Shown: in pieces, positions 26,901-39,200 of the stretch | Layout: the number at the start of each line of letters is the position of its first letter | Position numbering within the stretch: the stretch's first letter is position 1 | DNA from: Eledone cirrhosa | Lineage: Eukaryota | Direction of reading: 5' to 3' | DNA: 64,000 nucleotides | Assembly (NCBI GenBank): GCA_964016885.1 | Contig: OZ024744.1 | Coordinates: 43,772,001-43,836,000 of the forward strand | The notes under the pieces: model-generated | The model's database searches: none | Told to the model about the DNA's origin: nothing | What the model saw: the letters and a program-made list of their open reading frames with translations, nothing else | Position numbers and translations under genes: made by a program

Positions 26901-29900
26901 ACATCGGGTGGTGTCATTATAGAGGTAATATAGGGTTGTGTCTAATATAAAGTAAACATATGGTGGCGTCTAATAAAGAGGTAACATAGGGTGGTGTCTA
27001 ATATAGAGGTAATATAGGGTGGTGTCCATTATAGAGGGAACATAGGTTGGTGTCTAAAATAGAGGTAATATAGGGTGGTGTCCATTATAGAGGTAACATA
27101 GGGTGGCGTCTAATACAGAGGTAAGTTAGGGTGGTGTCTAATATAGAGATGACATAGGGTGATGTCTAATATAGAGGTAAAATAGGGTGGTGTCTAATAT
27201 AGAGGAAACATAGGGTGTGTCTAGTATAGAGGTATTATAGGGTGGTGTCTATTATAGAGGAAACACAGGGTGTTGTTTAATATAGAGGTAATCTAGGGTG
27301 GTGTCTGATATAGAGGTAACATAGGGTGATGTCATTATAGAAGTAACATAGGGTAGTGTCTAATATAGAGGTAATGTAAGTGTGAGTCATTATAGGGGTA
27401 ACATAGGGTGGTGTCTAATATAGAGGTGTTATAGGGTGGTGTCTATTATAGAGGTAATATAGGGTGGTTTCTAATATAGACATAACATAATGTGGTGTCT
27501 AATATGCAGGTAATATCTGGTGGTGTCTAATATAGAGGTAACATAGGCTGATGTCCATTATAGAGGTAGCATAGGGTGGTGTCTAATATAGAGGTAACAT
27601 AGGGTGGTGTCTATTACAGAGGTAACATAGGGTGGTGTCTATTACAGGGGTAACATAGGGCGTTGTCTATTATAGAGGTAATATAGGGTGGTGTCTATTA
27701 TAGTGGTAACATACGGTGGTGTCTAATATAGAGGTAACATATTGTGGTGTCTAATATAGAGGTAACATATTGTGGTGTCTAATATAGAGGTAATATAGGG
27801 TGGTGTCTAATGTAGAGGTAACATAGGGAGGTGTCTAATAGAGAGGTAACCTAGGGTGGTGTCTAATATAGAGGTAACATCGGGTGGTGTCATGATAGAG
27901 GTAATATAGGGTTGTGTCTAATATAGAGAAAACATAGGGTTAGTGTCATTATAGAGGTAACATAGGGTGGTGTCTAATACAGTGGTAACATAGGATGGTG
28001 TCCGTTATAGAGGTAACATAGGGTGGTGTTTAATGTAGAGGTAATATAGGGTGGCGTCTAATACAGAGGTAAGATAGGGTGGTGTCTAATATAGAGATGA
28101 CATAGGGTGATGTCTAATATAGAGGTAAGATAGGGATCTGTCTATCATAGAGGTAATATAGGGTGGCATCTAATACAGAGGATACATAGGGTGGCGTCTA
28201 GTATAGCGGTATTATAAGGTGGTGTCTATTATAATGGAAACACAGGGTGTTGTTTAATATAGAGGTAATATAGGGTGGTGTCTAATATCGAGAAAACATA
28301 GGGTGGTGTCATTATAGAGGTAATATAGGGTGGCATCTAATACAGAGGAAACATAGGGTGGTATCTAGTATAGAGGTATTATAGGGTGGTGTCTATTATA
28401 GAGGAAACACGGGGTGTTGTTTAATATAGAGGTAATATAGGGCGGTGTCTAATATAGAGAAAACACAGGGTGGTGTCTTTATAAACGTAACATAGGGTGG
28501 TGTCCATTATAGAGGTAACATAGGGTGGTGTCTATTATAGAGGTAATATAGGGTGGTGTCTATGATAGATGTAACATATGGTGGTGTCATTATAGAGGTA
28601 TCATAGGATGGTGTCTAATATAGAGGTTATATGGGGTGGTGTCTAGCATAGAGGTAACATTGGATGGTGTCTATATTAGCGGTAACATATGGGTTGTATC
28701 TATTATAGAGGTAACAGAGTGGTTTCTATTATGGGGGGAACGGAGGGTGGTGTCTATTATAGAGGTAACATAGGGTGGTGTCTAATATAGAGGTAACATA
28801 GTGTCGTGTCTATTATAGAGCTAACATAGGGTGGTGTCTATTATAGAGGTAACATAGGCTGGTGTCCATTATAGAGGTAGCATAGGGTGGTGTCTAATAT
28901 AGAGGTAACATAAGGTGTTGCCTAATATAGAGGTAACATCGGGTGGTGTCATTATAGAGGTAACATAGGCTGGTGTCTAATATATAGTAAACATAGGGTG
29001 GTGTTATTATAGAGGTAACATAGGGTGGTGTCTAATATTGAGGTAATATATGGTGTCATCTAATAATGAGGTAACATAGGGTGGTGTCTAATATAGTGGT
29101 AACATAGGGTTGTGTCCATTATAGAGGTAACATAGGGTGGTGTCTAATATAGAGGTAACATAGGGTGGTGTCTAATATAGTGGTAACATAGGGTGGTGTC
29201 CATTATAGAGGTAACATAGGGTGGTGTCTAATATAGAGGTAATATAGGGTGGTGTCTAATATAGAGATGACATAGGGTGATGTCTAATATAGAGGTAACA
29301 TAGGGTGGTGTCTAATATAGAGGTAACATAGGGTGGTGTCTAATATAGTGGTAATATTGGGTGGTGTCTAACATAGAAGTAATATGGGGTGGTGTCTATT
29401 TCAGAGGTAATATAGGGTGGTGTCATTATGGAGGTAACATAGTGTGGTGTCTAGTATAGAGGTAATATAGGGTGGTGTCTATTATAGAGGTATTATCGGG
29501 TGGTGTCTATTATAAAGGTAATATAGGGTGGTGTCTAATATGGAGGTAAAATAGGGTGGTGTCTAATATAGAGGTAATATAGGGTGGTGTCCAATATAGA
29601 TGTAATGTAGGCCGGTGTCTATTATAGAGGTAGTATAGGCTGGTGTCATTATAGATGTAACATGGGGCGGTGTCTATTATAGAGGTAACACAGGGTGGTG
29701 TCTAGTATTGAGGTAACATAGGGTGGTATCTACTATAGAGGTAATACAGGGTGGTGTATAATATAGAGGTAACATATGGTGGTGTCTAATATAGAGGTAA
29801 CATAGGGTGGTGTCATTATAGAGGTAATATAGTTTTGTGTCTAATATAGAGGTAATATAAGGTGGTGTCTAATATAGAGGTAACATAGGGTGGTGTATAA

Positions 29901-32900
29901 TACAGAGGTAACAGAGGGTTTGTCAATTATAGAAGTAACATGGGGTAGTGTCATTATAGAGGTAATATACGTTGGTGTCTATTATAAAGGTAACACACGG
30001 TGGTGTCTAGTGTAGAGGTAATATAGGGTGGTGTCTAGTATGGAAGTAACATAGGGTGGTGTCTCTTATAGAGTCAACATTGGGTGGTGTCTAGCATAGA
30101 GGTAACAGTGGATGGTGTCTATTATAGAGGTAACATAGGGTGGTGTCTAATATAGAGGTAATGTAGGGTGGTGTCATTATAGAGGTAATATAGCGTTGTG
30201 TCTAATATAGAGGTAACATAGGGTGGTGTCTAATATAGAGGTAATGTAGGGTGGTGTCATTATAGAGGTAATATAGCGTTGTGTCTAATATAGAGGTAAC
30301 ATAGGGTGGTGTCTATTATAGAGGTAACATAGGGTGGTGTCTAATATAGTGGTAATATAGAGTGGTGTGTATTATAGAGGTAACATAGGGTGGCGTCAAA
30401 TATAGAGGTAATATAGGGTGGTGTCTATAATAGTTATAACAGAGGGTGGTGTCATTATAGAGGTAGTATAGGGAGGTGTCAATATAGAGGTAACATAGGG
30501 TGGTGTCAATTATAGAGTTAATATAGGGTTGTGGTTATTATAGAGGTAACCTGGGGTGGTGTCTAATATAGAGGTAACATAGGGTGGTGTCTAGTATAGA
30601 GTTAATATAGAGGTAATATAGGGTGCTGTCTAATATAGAGGTAACATGGAGTGGTGTCTATTATAGAGGTAATATAGGGTGGTGTCTAGTATAGAAGTAA
30701 CATAGGATGGTGTATATTATAGAGGTAACATGGGGTGGTGTCCAATATAGAGGTAACATAGGGTGGTGTCATTATAGAGGTAATATTGGTTTGTGTCTAA
30801 TCTAGAGGTAATATAGGGTGGTGTCTAATATAGAGGTAACATAGGGTGGTGTATAATATAGAGGTAACAGAGGGTTTGTCAATTATAGAGGTAACATAGG
30901 GTGGTGTCTAGTATAGATGTAACATAGGGTGGTGTCTAATATAGAGGTAACATAGGGTGGTTTCTAATATAGAGGTAATATAGAGTGGTGTCTAGTATAG
31001 AGGTAACTTAGGGTGGTGTCATTATAGAGGTAACATAGGGTGGTGTTTAATATAGAGGTAACATAGTGTGGTGTCTAATATTGAGGTAATATAGGGTGGG
31101 GTCTATTATAGAGGTAACATAGGATACTGTCTATTATAGAGGTAATATAGGCTGGTGTCTAATATAGAGGTAACATAGGATGGTGTCTAATATAGAAGTA
31201 ATATAGGGTGGTGTCTAATATAGAGGTGACATAGGGTGATGTGTAATATAGAAGTAATATAGGCTGGTGTCTAATATAGAGGTAACATAGGATGGTGTCT
31301 AATATAGAAGTAATATAGGCTGGTGTCTAATATAGAGGTAACATAGGATGGTGTCTAATATAGAAGTAATATAGGGTGGGGTCTATTATAGAGGTAACAT
31401 AGGATACTGTCTATTATAGAGGTAATATAGGGTGGTGTCTAATATAGAGGTAACTTAGGGTGGTGTCTAATATAGAAGTAATATAGGGGAGGTCTATTGT
31501 TGAGGTAACATAGGGTGGAGTCTATTATAGAGGTAATATAGAGTGGTGTCTAGTATAGAAGTAACATAGGGTGGTGTCTCTTATAGAGGCAACATGGGGT
31601 GGTGTCTAACATAGAGGTAACAGTGGATGGTGTCTGTTATAGAGGTAACATAGGGTTGTATCAATTATAGTGTTAACATAGGGTGGTGTCTAATATAGAG
31701 GTAATATAGGGTGGTGTCATTATAGAGGTAATATACGGTGGTCTCCAATATAGAAGTAACATAGGGTGGTTTCTATTATAGAGGTAACATAGGGTGGTGT
31801 CTAATATACAGGTAATATAGGGTGGTGTCATTATAGAGGTAATATAAGGTGGTCTCCAATATAGAAATAACATAGGGTGGTTTCTATCATAGAGGTAACA
31901 TAGGGTGGTGTCTAATATAGAGGTAATATAGGGTGGTGTCATTATAGAGGTAATATAGGGTTGTGTCTAATATAGAGGTGACATAGGGTCGTGTCATTAT
32001 AGAGGTAACAGGGTTGTGTCTTATATAGAGGTAACATAGGGTGGTGTCAAATATAGAGGTAATATAGGGTGGTGTCTAATATAGAGGTAATATAGGGTGG
32101 TGTCATTATAGAGGTAATATAGGGTTGTGTCTAATATAGAGGTAACATAGGGTGGTGTCATTATAGAGGTAACCGGGTTGTGTCTTATATAGAGGTAACA
32201 TAGAGTGGTGTCTAATATAGATGTAATATAGGGTGGCGTCTGATACAGAGGTAAAATAGGGTGGTGTCTAATATAGAGGTAACATAGGGCGGTGTCCATT
32301 ATAGAGGTAACATAGTGTGGTGTCTAATATAGTGGTAATATAGGGTGGTGTGTATTATAGAAGTAACGTAGGGTGGCGTCTAATATAGAGGTAATATAGG
32401 GTGGTGGCTATAATAGTGATAACATAGGGTGGTGTCTAATATAGAGGTAACATAGGGTGGTGTATATTATAGAGATAACAGACGGTGTTATCAATTACAG
32501 AGGTAAGATGGGGTGGTGTCCATTATAGAGGTAACATAGGGTGGTCTCTAATATAGAGGTAACATAGGTTGGTGTCTAATATAGAGGTAATATGTGGGGG
32601 TGTCTATATAGAGGTAACATACGGTGGTGTCTAGTATAGAGGTAACATAGGGTAGTGTCTAATAGAGAGGTAATATAGGGTGCTGTCTATTATAGAGGTA
32701 GTATATGCTGGTGTCTAATATTGAGGTAATATATGGTTGTGTTTTATATAGAGGTAATATAGGGTGGTGTCTAATATAGAGGTAACATATGGTGGTGTCT
32801 AATATAGAGGTAACAAAGGGTGGTGTCTAATATAGAGGTAATATAGGGTGGTGTCTATTATAGAAGTAACATAGGGTGGTGTCATGTACAGAGGTAATAC

Positions 32901-33498
32901 AGGGTGGTGTCTAATATAGAGGTATTATAGGGTGGTGTCTATTATAGTTCTAACATATGGTGGTGTCATTATAGAGGTAACATAGGGTGCTGTCTAGTAT
33001 AATACAGGTAACATAGGGCGGTGTCTAATATAGAGGTAACATAGGATGCTGTCTATTATAGAGGTAATATAGGGTGGTGTCATTATAGAGGTAACATAGT
33101 GTGGCGTCTAATATAGAGGTAACATAGGGTGGTGTCTATTATAGAGGTAACATAGGGTGGTGTCTAGTATAGAGTTAATATAGAGTGCTGTCTAATATAG
33201 AGGTAATATAGGGTGGTGTCTAATATAGAGGTAACAGAGGGTTTGTCAATTATAGAGGTAACATGGGGTGGTGTCTAGTATAGAGGTAACATAGGATGGT
33301 GTCTATTATAGAGGTAACATGAGGTGGTGTCCAATATAGAGGTAACATAGGGTGGTGTCTTTATAGAGGTAATATAGGTTTGTGTCTAATATAGAGGTAA
33401 TATAGGGTGGTGTATAATATAGAGGTAACAGAGGGTTTGTCAATTATAGAGGTAACATGGGGTGGTGTCTAGTATAGAGGTAACATAGGATGGTGTCT
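23912..33498 (+). repeat. 28-bp satellite, block 2 (more diverged, local short duplications)
   Basis: Same monomer; no long exact periodicity seen. Confidence 0.97.
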
Positions 33499-34043
33499 TC
33501 TAGCAGAATGATTAGTCGTGGTCGCCAGTGTGGTAAAATGATGGTATTCTCGTTGGATTGTCTTGTAGACATAGACGTGAGGGAAGGTCCCTCGTCTATT
33601 TACCATCTTTGTATTTACAATATTCCTTTCATCAGGTCGCCAATTCCAGCAGCATGGTTAATATGATGTTATTGAGACACGAGTAACATAATAATGATTT
33701 CAACAGCAGAAATTAGAGATGAAATGTATGTTTATTTTTGATGTAGCACAAACAATGTTTGTTAACTTATATGGTTGAAGTTACACATACAATGAGGTTA
33801 CAAAAGGGAATGTGCCATTGCGCCGGAAAGCCGGCAGGCTAGCGTGCAAAATCTCACCGTTAAATTGTACGTGTTGCTGGTTCGAATTTCCTTGTACAAG
33901 AGAAAGATTCTTCAAATCTTCGCGGGGAATTTCTTCCTCAGGGCGCGTAGGGATACATCCTCTTCTACTGCCGCTGATTGGCTGAACTAGGCCAAATCAC
34001 GCGCAGAGAATGTATGTGAGCCCGCGGAATGTAGGTCACTACA
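33499..34043 (-). repeat. 3' LTR of element 2 (~545 bp)
   Basis: Aligns to 35697-36237 with roughly 30 differences. Confidence 0.9.
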
Positions 34044-35653
34044 ATAACCCCGAGCAGATTTTTAGCCGAAAATCGTAAACGAAGAAGCTAAGGACCCACA
34101 AGGAAGTCGATACAGATTATTGAATCAGCAAGAACAAATGCTGAAAGAGCACATCAGTTTTAAAAAATAATTGGGCAGAAGGCTGCATGCAAGAAAAAAA
34201 ATGAGGCGCTATGGGCCCTGTTGAGCCGCTGTGTCAAATGACCAGCTGTTTTGTTGTTTATACATGACCAGTAAAGGTCTAACAAAAACGGATAAAGTCT
34301 GACATGGGCGAAGTTGCTGTTCTTGCATTTAATGTTAATGGTAAGTGCTGTGGACGAAGCTATTATGGTAGTTTACCATTGCTGGCAAGAAGATGATGGG
34401 TAGGCGAAAAAATGTTGGCCTCGCAGATGTATTGCCGAATGTGCTAGGGAGCCAGGAAAAAATGGCTGGTTGCTTTGAAAAGAAAAAAAAGCAAGTTTAA
34501 TCTGTAGGTGGGTTGCAGTGTAAATTCTATAATTCGGGCGAATCCACAGAAGTGGTGGAAATGCTGACAAGTCCAGTTCAATTTGCCGTTTTCCCAGCGA
34601 GTCGGGCAAAAACAGCAAGACGAAGGCCGTCATGGACGATCAGTGTGCAACGAGATGCAAAACTGTTTGAGCTCAGCTGCAATTAGTATTCTCGTGTTGC
34701 GGTGCCTGTTTGAATCCAAGTGGATTAAGCTCTGTGAGCTGCTAGCATGTGACAGCATCTCAACCAGGTGAAAAGGGACTCGCAGAATATCATGTTTGAA
34801 GAACATATACCAAGAACAACATGTTGGTGTGACAAAAAAATGTGTGCATATGCAGGCATGTAAAACAGCAAAGTATGTGAATGAACAAAAACCATGAGCA
34901 AGCAAATAGCAAAGGAGCACAAAATAAGTAAATGCATTCTACAAAGAAATATGTGAATGTAACAAACTGATAATTCAAAGTCAATCTGAGGGAGCAGAGA
35001 AATTGCTCAATGAAAAATTCAAAGTTTTTCAAAGTCAAATAGTTCACACGTCACCAGTGTACAGACTTTCTGACACTAGTTCTATCTGAAAACTGAAAAA
35101 GAAGTTTGTTAATGCCGTTAGGGGTTAGATGTATGGTGTTTTTGAGAGTTTTCGTGGCCATTTTACCGTCCTGCCACCTTGTGTGACATAAGGTTGTGTT
35201 GCTTGTTGTTAAAGCAAAGTCAATGAATCTTCTGTAGAGTAGCAGTCACCAACATGGCAGCCACGTCTGACGCCCTAATGGTTAGAAAACTACCTCTCAA
35301 TTTCTCGAGTCCCTGTGGTAACGAGACAGAAGGTATGGTGGTTGCGTCGGTAAAGTTACAAGCCGTTTTGAAATTTCCGATGTGTGGTGGTTTTCGTCGG
35401 TAAGGCTAAGTAGCTGCCATCTCACTATTCCCTGTCGTTGGCCAGTGGTTAAACAATGTTGTCGCTGCTGCTGCTGCTGCTGTCGTTGTTGATTGTAGAC
35501 AGGACTTGTCGGTAGCCATTTTGAAATTTCCTCGTGGCGAAAAGCTTTTGAAATACTGCTAATTTTTAAAAAAATTTTGAAAGTAATATATTGTATTTTC
35601 GCAAGTTGCGAAAAGGCCGGCAGCGCGGCAATAAAAGTTCAACTGAACAAAAA

Positions 35654-35687
35654 AGAAGGCTGCGTTAAATTCTTACGTCGGTCACCA
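35654..35687 (-). promoter_or_regulatory. Degenerate tRNA-Trp PBS plus downstream ACGCAGCCTTCT box of element 2
   Basis: Minus strand reads TGGTGACCGACGTAAGAATTTAACGCAGCCTTCT, starting 9 nt after the LTR end. Confidence 0.7.
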
Positions 35688-35696
35688 CTTAAGCAG

Positions 35697-36237
35697 TGTA
35701 GCAGTATGAAGTCGTGGTCGCCAGTGTGGTAAAATGATGGTATCCTCGTTGGATTGTCTTGTCGACATAGACGTGGGGGAAGGTCCCTCATCTATTTACC
35801 ATCTTTGTATTTCAATATTCCTTTCGTCAGGTCGCCAATTCCAGCAGCTTGGATTATAGATGTTATTGAGACACGAGTAACATAATAATGATTTCAACAG
35901 CAGAAATTAGAGATGAAATGTATGTTTATTTTTGATGTAGCACAAACAATGTTTGTTAACTTATATGGTTGAAGTTACACATAAAATGAGGTTACAAAAG
36001 GGAGTGTGCCAATGCGCCGGAAAGCCGGCAGGCTAGGGTGCAAAATCTCACCGTTACATTTTACGTGTTGCTGGTTCAAAGTTCCTGGTACAAGAGAAAG
36101 ATTCTTCAAATCTTCGCGGGGAATTTCTTCCTCAGGGCGCGTAGGGATATATCCTATTCTACTGGCGCTGATTGGCTAAACTGAGCCAAATCCCGCACAG
36201 AGAATGTATGTGAGCCCGCGGAATGTGGGTCACTACA
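35697..36237 (-). repeat. 5' LTR of element 2 (~541 bp)
   Basis: TG...CA termini; followed on the minus strand by the PBS. Confidence 0.9.
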
Positions 36238-39200
36238 TGTCTATTATAGAGGTAACATGGGGTGGTGTCCAATATAGAGGTAATATAGGGCGGTGTCTAT
36301 TATAGAGGTAGTATAGACTGGTGTCATTATAGAGGAAACATAGGGTCATGTCTATTATAGAGGTAATATAGAACAGTGTCTATTATAGAGGTAACATGGG
36401 GTGGTGTCTAGTATAGAGGTAACATAGGGTAGTGTCATTATAGAGGTAAAATAGGTTTGTGTCTAATATAGAGGTAATATAGGGTGGTGTCTAATATAGA
36501 GGTAACATGGGGTGGTATCTAAGATAGAGGTAACACAGGGTAGTGTCTAATATAGAGGTAATATAGAGTGGTGTCTAATATAGAGGTAACTTAGGGTGGT
36601 GTCTAATATAGAAGTAATATAGGTGAGGTCTATTGTTGAGGTAACATAGGGTGGTGTCTAATATAGAGGTAACATAGGGTGGTGTCTATTATAGAGGTAA
36701 TATAGAGTGCTATCTAGTATAGAAGTAACATAGGGTGGTGTCTCTAATAGAGGCAACATGGGGTGGTGTCTAGCATAGAGGTAACAGTGGGTGGTGTCTA
36801 TTATAGAGGTAACATAGGGTTGTATCAATTATAGTGTTAACATAGGGTGGTGTCTAATATAGAGGTAATATAGGGTGGTGTCATTATAGAGGTAATATAC
36901 GGTGGTCTCCAATATAGAAGTAACGTAGGGTGGTTTCTATTAGAGAGCTAACATGGGGTAGTGTCTAATATAGAGGTAACATAGGGTGGTGTCATTATAG
37001 AGGTAATATAGGGTTGTGTCTAATATAGAGGTAACATAGGGTGGTGTCATTATAGAGTTAACATAGGGTGGTGTCTAATATAGAGGTAATATAGGGTTGC
37101 GTCTAATACAGAGGCAACATAGGGTGTTGTCAAGTTTAGAGGTAACATACGATGGTGTCTATTATAGCGGTAACATAGGGTGGTGTCTAATATAGTAGTA
37201 ATATAGGGTGGTGTCTAGTATAGAGGTAACATAGGGTGGCGTCTAATATAGAGGTAAAATAGGGTTGTGTCCATTATAGAGGTAACATAGGGTGGTGTCT
37301 AACATAGAGGTAATATACGGTGGCGTCTAATACAGAGGTAACATAGGGTGGTGTCAAACATAGAGGTAGTATAGGGTGGTGTCAATATAGAGGTAATATA
37401 GGGTGGTGTATAATATAGAGGTAACATAGGGTTGTGTCATTATAGAGGTAATATAGGGTTGTGTCTAATATAGAGGTAACATACGGTGGTTTCTAATGTA
37501 GAGGTAACATAGGGTGGTGTATAATATAGAGGTAACAGAGGGTTTGTCAATTATAGAGGTAACATGGGGTGGTGTCTAGTATAGAAGTAACATAGGGTGG
37601 TGTCTAATATAGAGGAAACATAGGTTGGTGTCTAATAGAGAGGTAATATAGGGTGGTGTCTATTATAGAGGTAGTAGAGGGTGGTGTCTAATATTGAGGT
37701 AACATATGGTTGTGTCTAATATAGAGGTAACATATGGTGTTGTCTAATATAGAGTTAACATAGGGTGGTGTCTAATATAGAGGTAATATAGGGTGGTGTC
37801 TAATATAGAGGTGATATAAAGGGTGGTGTCAAATATAGAGGTAACATATGGTGGTGTCTATTATAGAAGTAAAATAGAGTGGTGTCCATTATAGAGGTAA
37901 CATAGGGTGGTGTCTAATATAGAGGTATTATAGGGTGGTGTCTATTATAGTTCTAACATAGGGTGGTGTCCTTATATAGGTAACATAGGGTGGTGTCTAG
38001 TATAGAGGTAACATAGGGTGGTGTCTAATATAGAGGTAACATAGGATACTGTCTATTATAGAGGTAATATAGGGTGGTGTCATTATAGAGGTAACATAGG
38101 GTGGCGTCTAATATAGAGGTAACAGAGGGTGGTGTCTAATATAGAGGTAACATAGGGTGGTGTCTATTATAGAGGTAACATAGGGTGGTGTCTGTAATAG
38201 AGGTAACATAGGGTGGTGTCTGTAATAGAGGTAACATAGGGTGGGGTCTAATATAGAGGTAATATAGGGTGGTGTCTATTATAGAGGTAACCTGGGGTGG
38301 TATCTAATATAGAGGTAACATGGGGTGGTGTCTAGTGTAGAGTTAATATAGAGTGGTGTCTAATACAGAGGTAATATAGGGTGAAGTAAGATGGGTTTGT
38401 GTCTAGTATAGAGGTAACAGAGGGTGATGTCTAATATAGAGGTAACATAGGGTTGTGTCTATTATAGAGGTAATATAGGATGGTGTATATTATAGTGGTA
38501 ACATAGTGTGGTGTCATTATAGAGGTAACACAGGGTGGTGTCTAATATAGAGGTAATATAGTGTGGTGTCTAATATAGAAGTAATATGGGGTGGTGTCTA
38601 TTATAGACGTAATATAGGGTGGTGTCTAATATAGAGGTAACATAGTGCGGTGCCTATTATAGAGGTAATATGGGGTGGTGTCTAATATAGATGTAACTTA
38701 GGGTGGTGTCATTATAGAGGTAATATAGGGTGGTATTTTATATAGAGGTAACATAGAGTGGTGTCTAATATAGAGGTAATATAGGGTGGTGTCTATTATA
38801 AAGGTATTATAGGCTGGTGTCATTATAGAGGTAACATAGGGTGGTGTCTAATATAGAGGTAACATAGGGTGGTGTCTAATATAGAGGTAACATAGGGTGC
38901 TGTCTAATATAGAGGTAACATAGGGCGGTGTCCATTATAGAGGTAACATAATGTGGTGTCTAATTCTGAGGTAATATAGGGTGGCGTCTAATACAGAGGT
39001 AACATAGGGTGTTGTCAAGTATAGAGGTAACATAGGGTTGTTGTCTATTATACAGGCAACATAGGGTGGTGTATAATATAGAGGTAATATAGGGTGGTGT
39101 GTATTATAGAGGTACCACAGGGTGGTGTCTAGTATAGAGGTAACATAGGGTGGTGTATATTATAGAGGTAATATAGTGTTGTGTCTATTATAGAGGTAAC

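Larger units (their letters stand above)
33499..36237 (-). mobile_element. Non-autonomous LTR retrotransposon (~2.7 kb, minus strand) inserted in the satellite
   Basis: Direct repeats 33499-34043 and 35697-36237 (minus strand TGTAGTG...CTGCTACA), 5-bp TSD TGTCT, Trp-like PBS TGGTGACCGACGT on minus from 35687, no pol ORF. Confidence 0.92.

Noticed and set aside
34373-35047. Overlapping 60-96 aa ORFs inside element 2
   Set aside because: No recognisable domains on either strand
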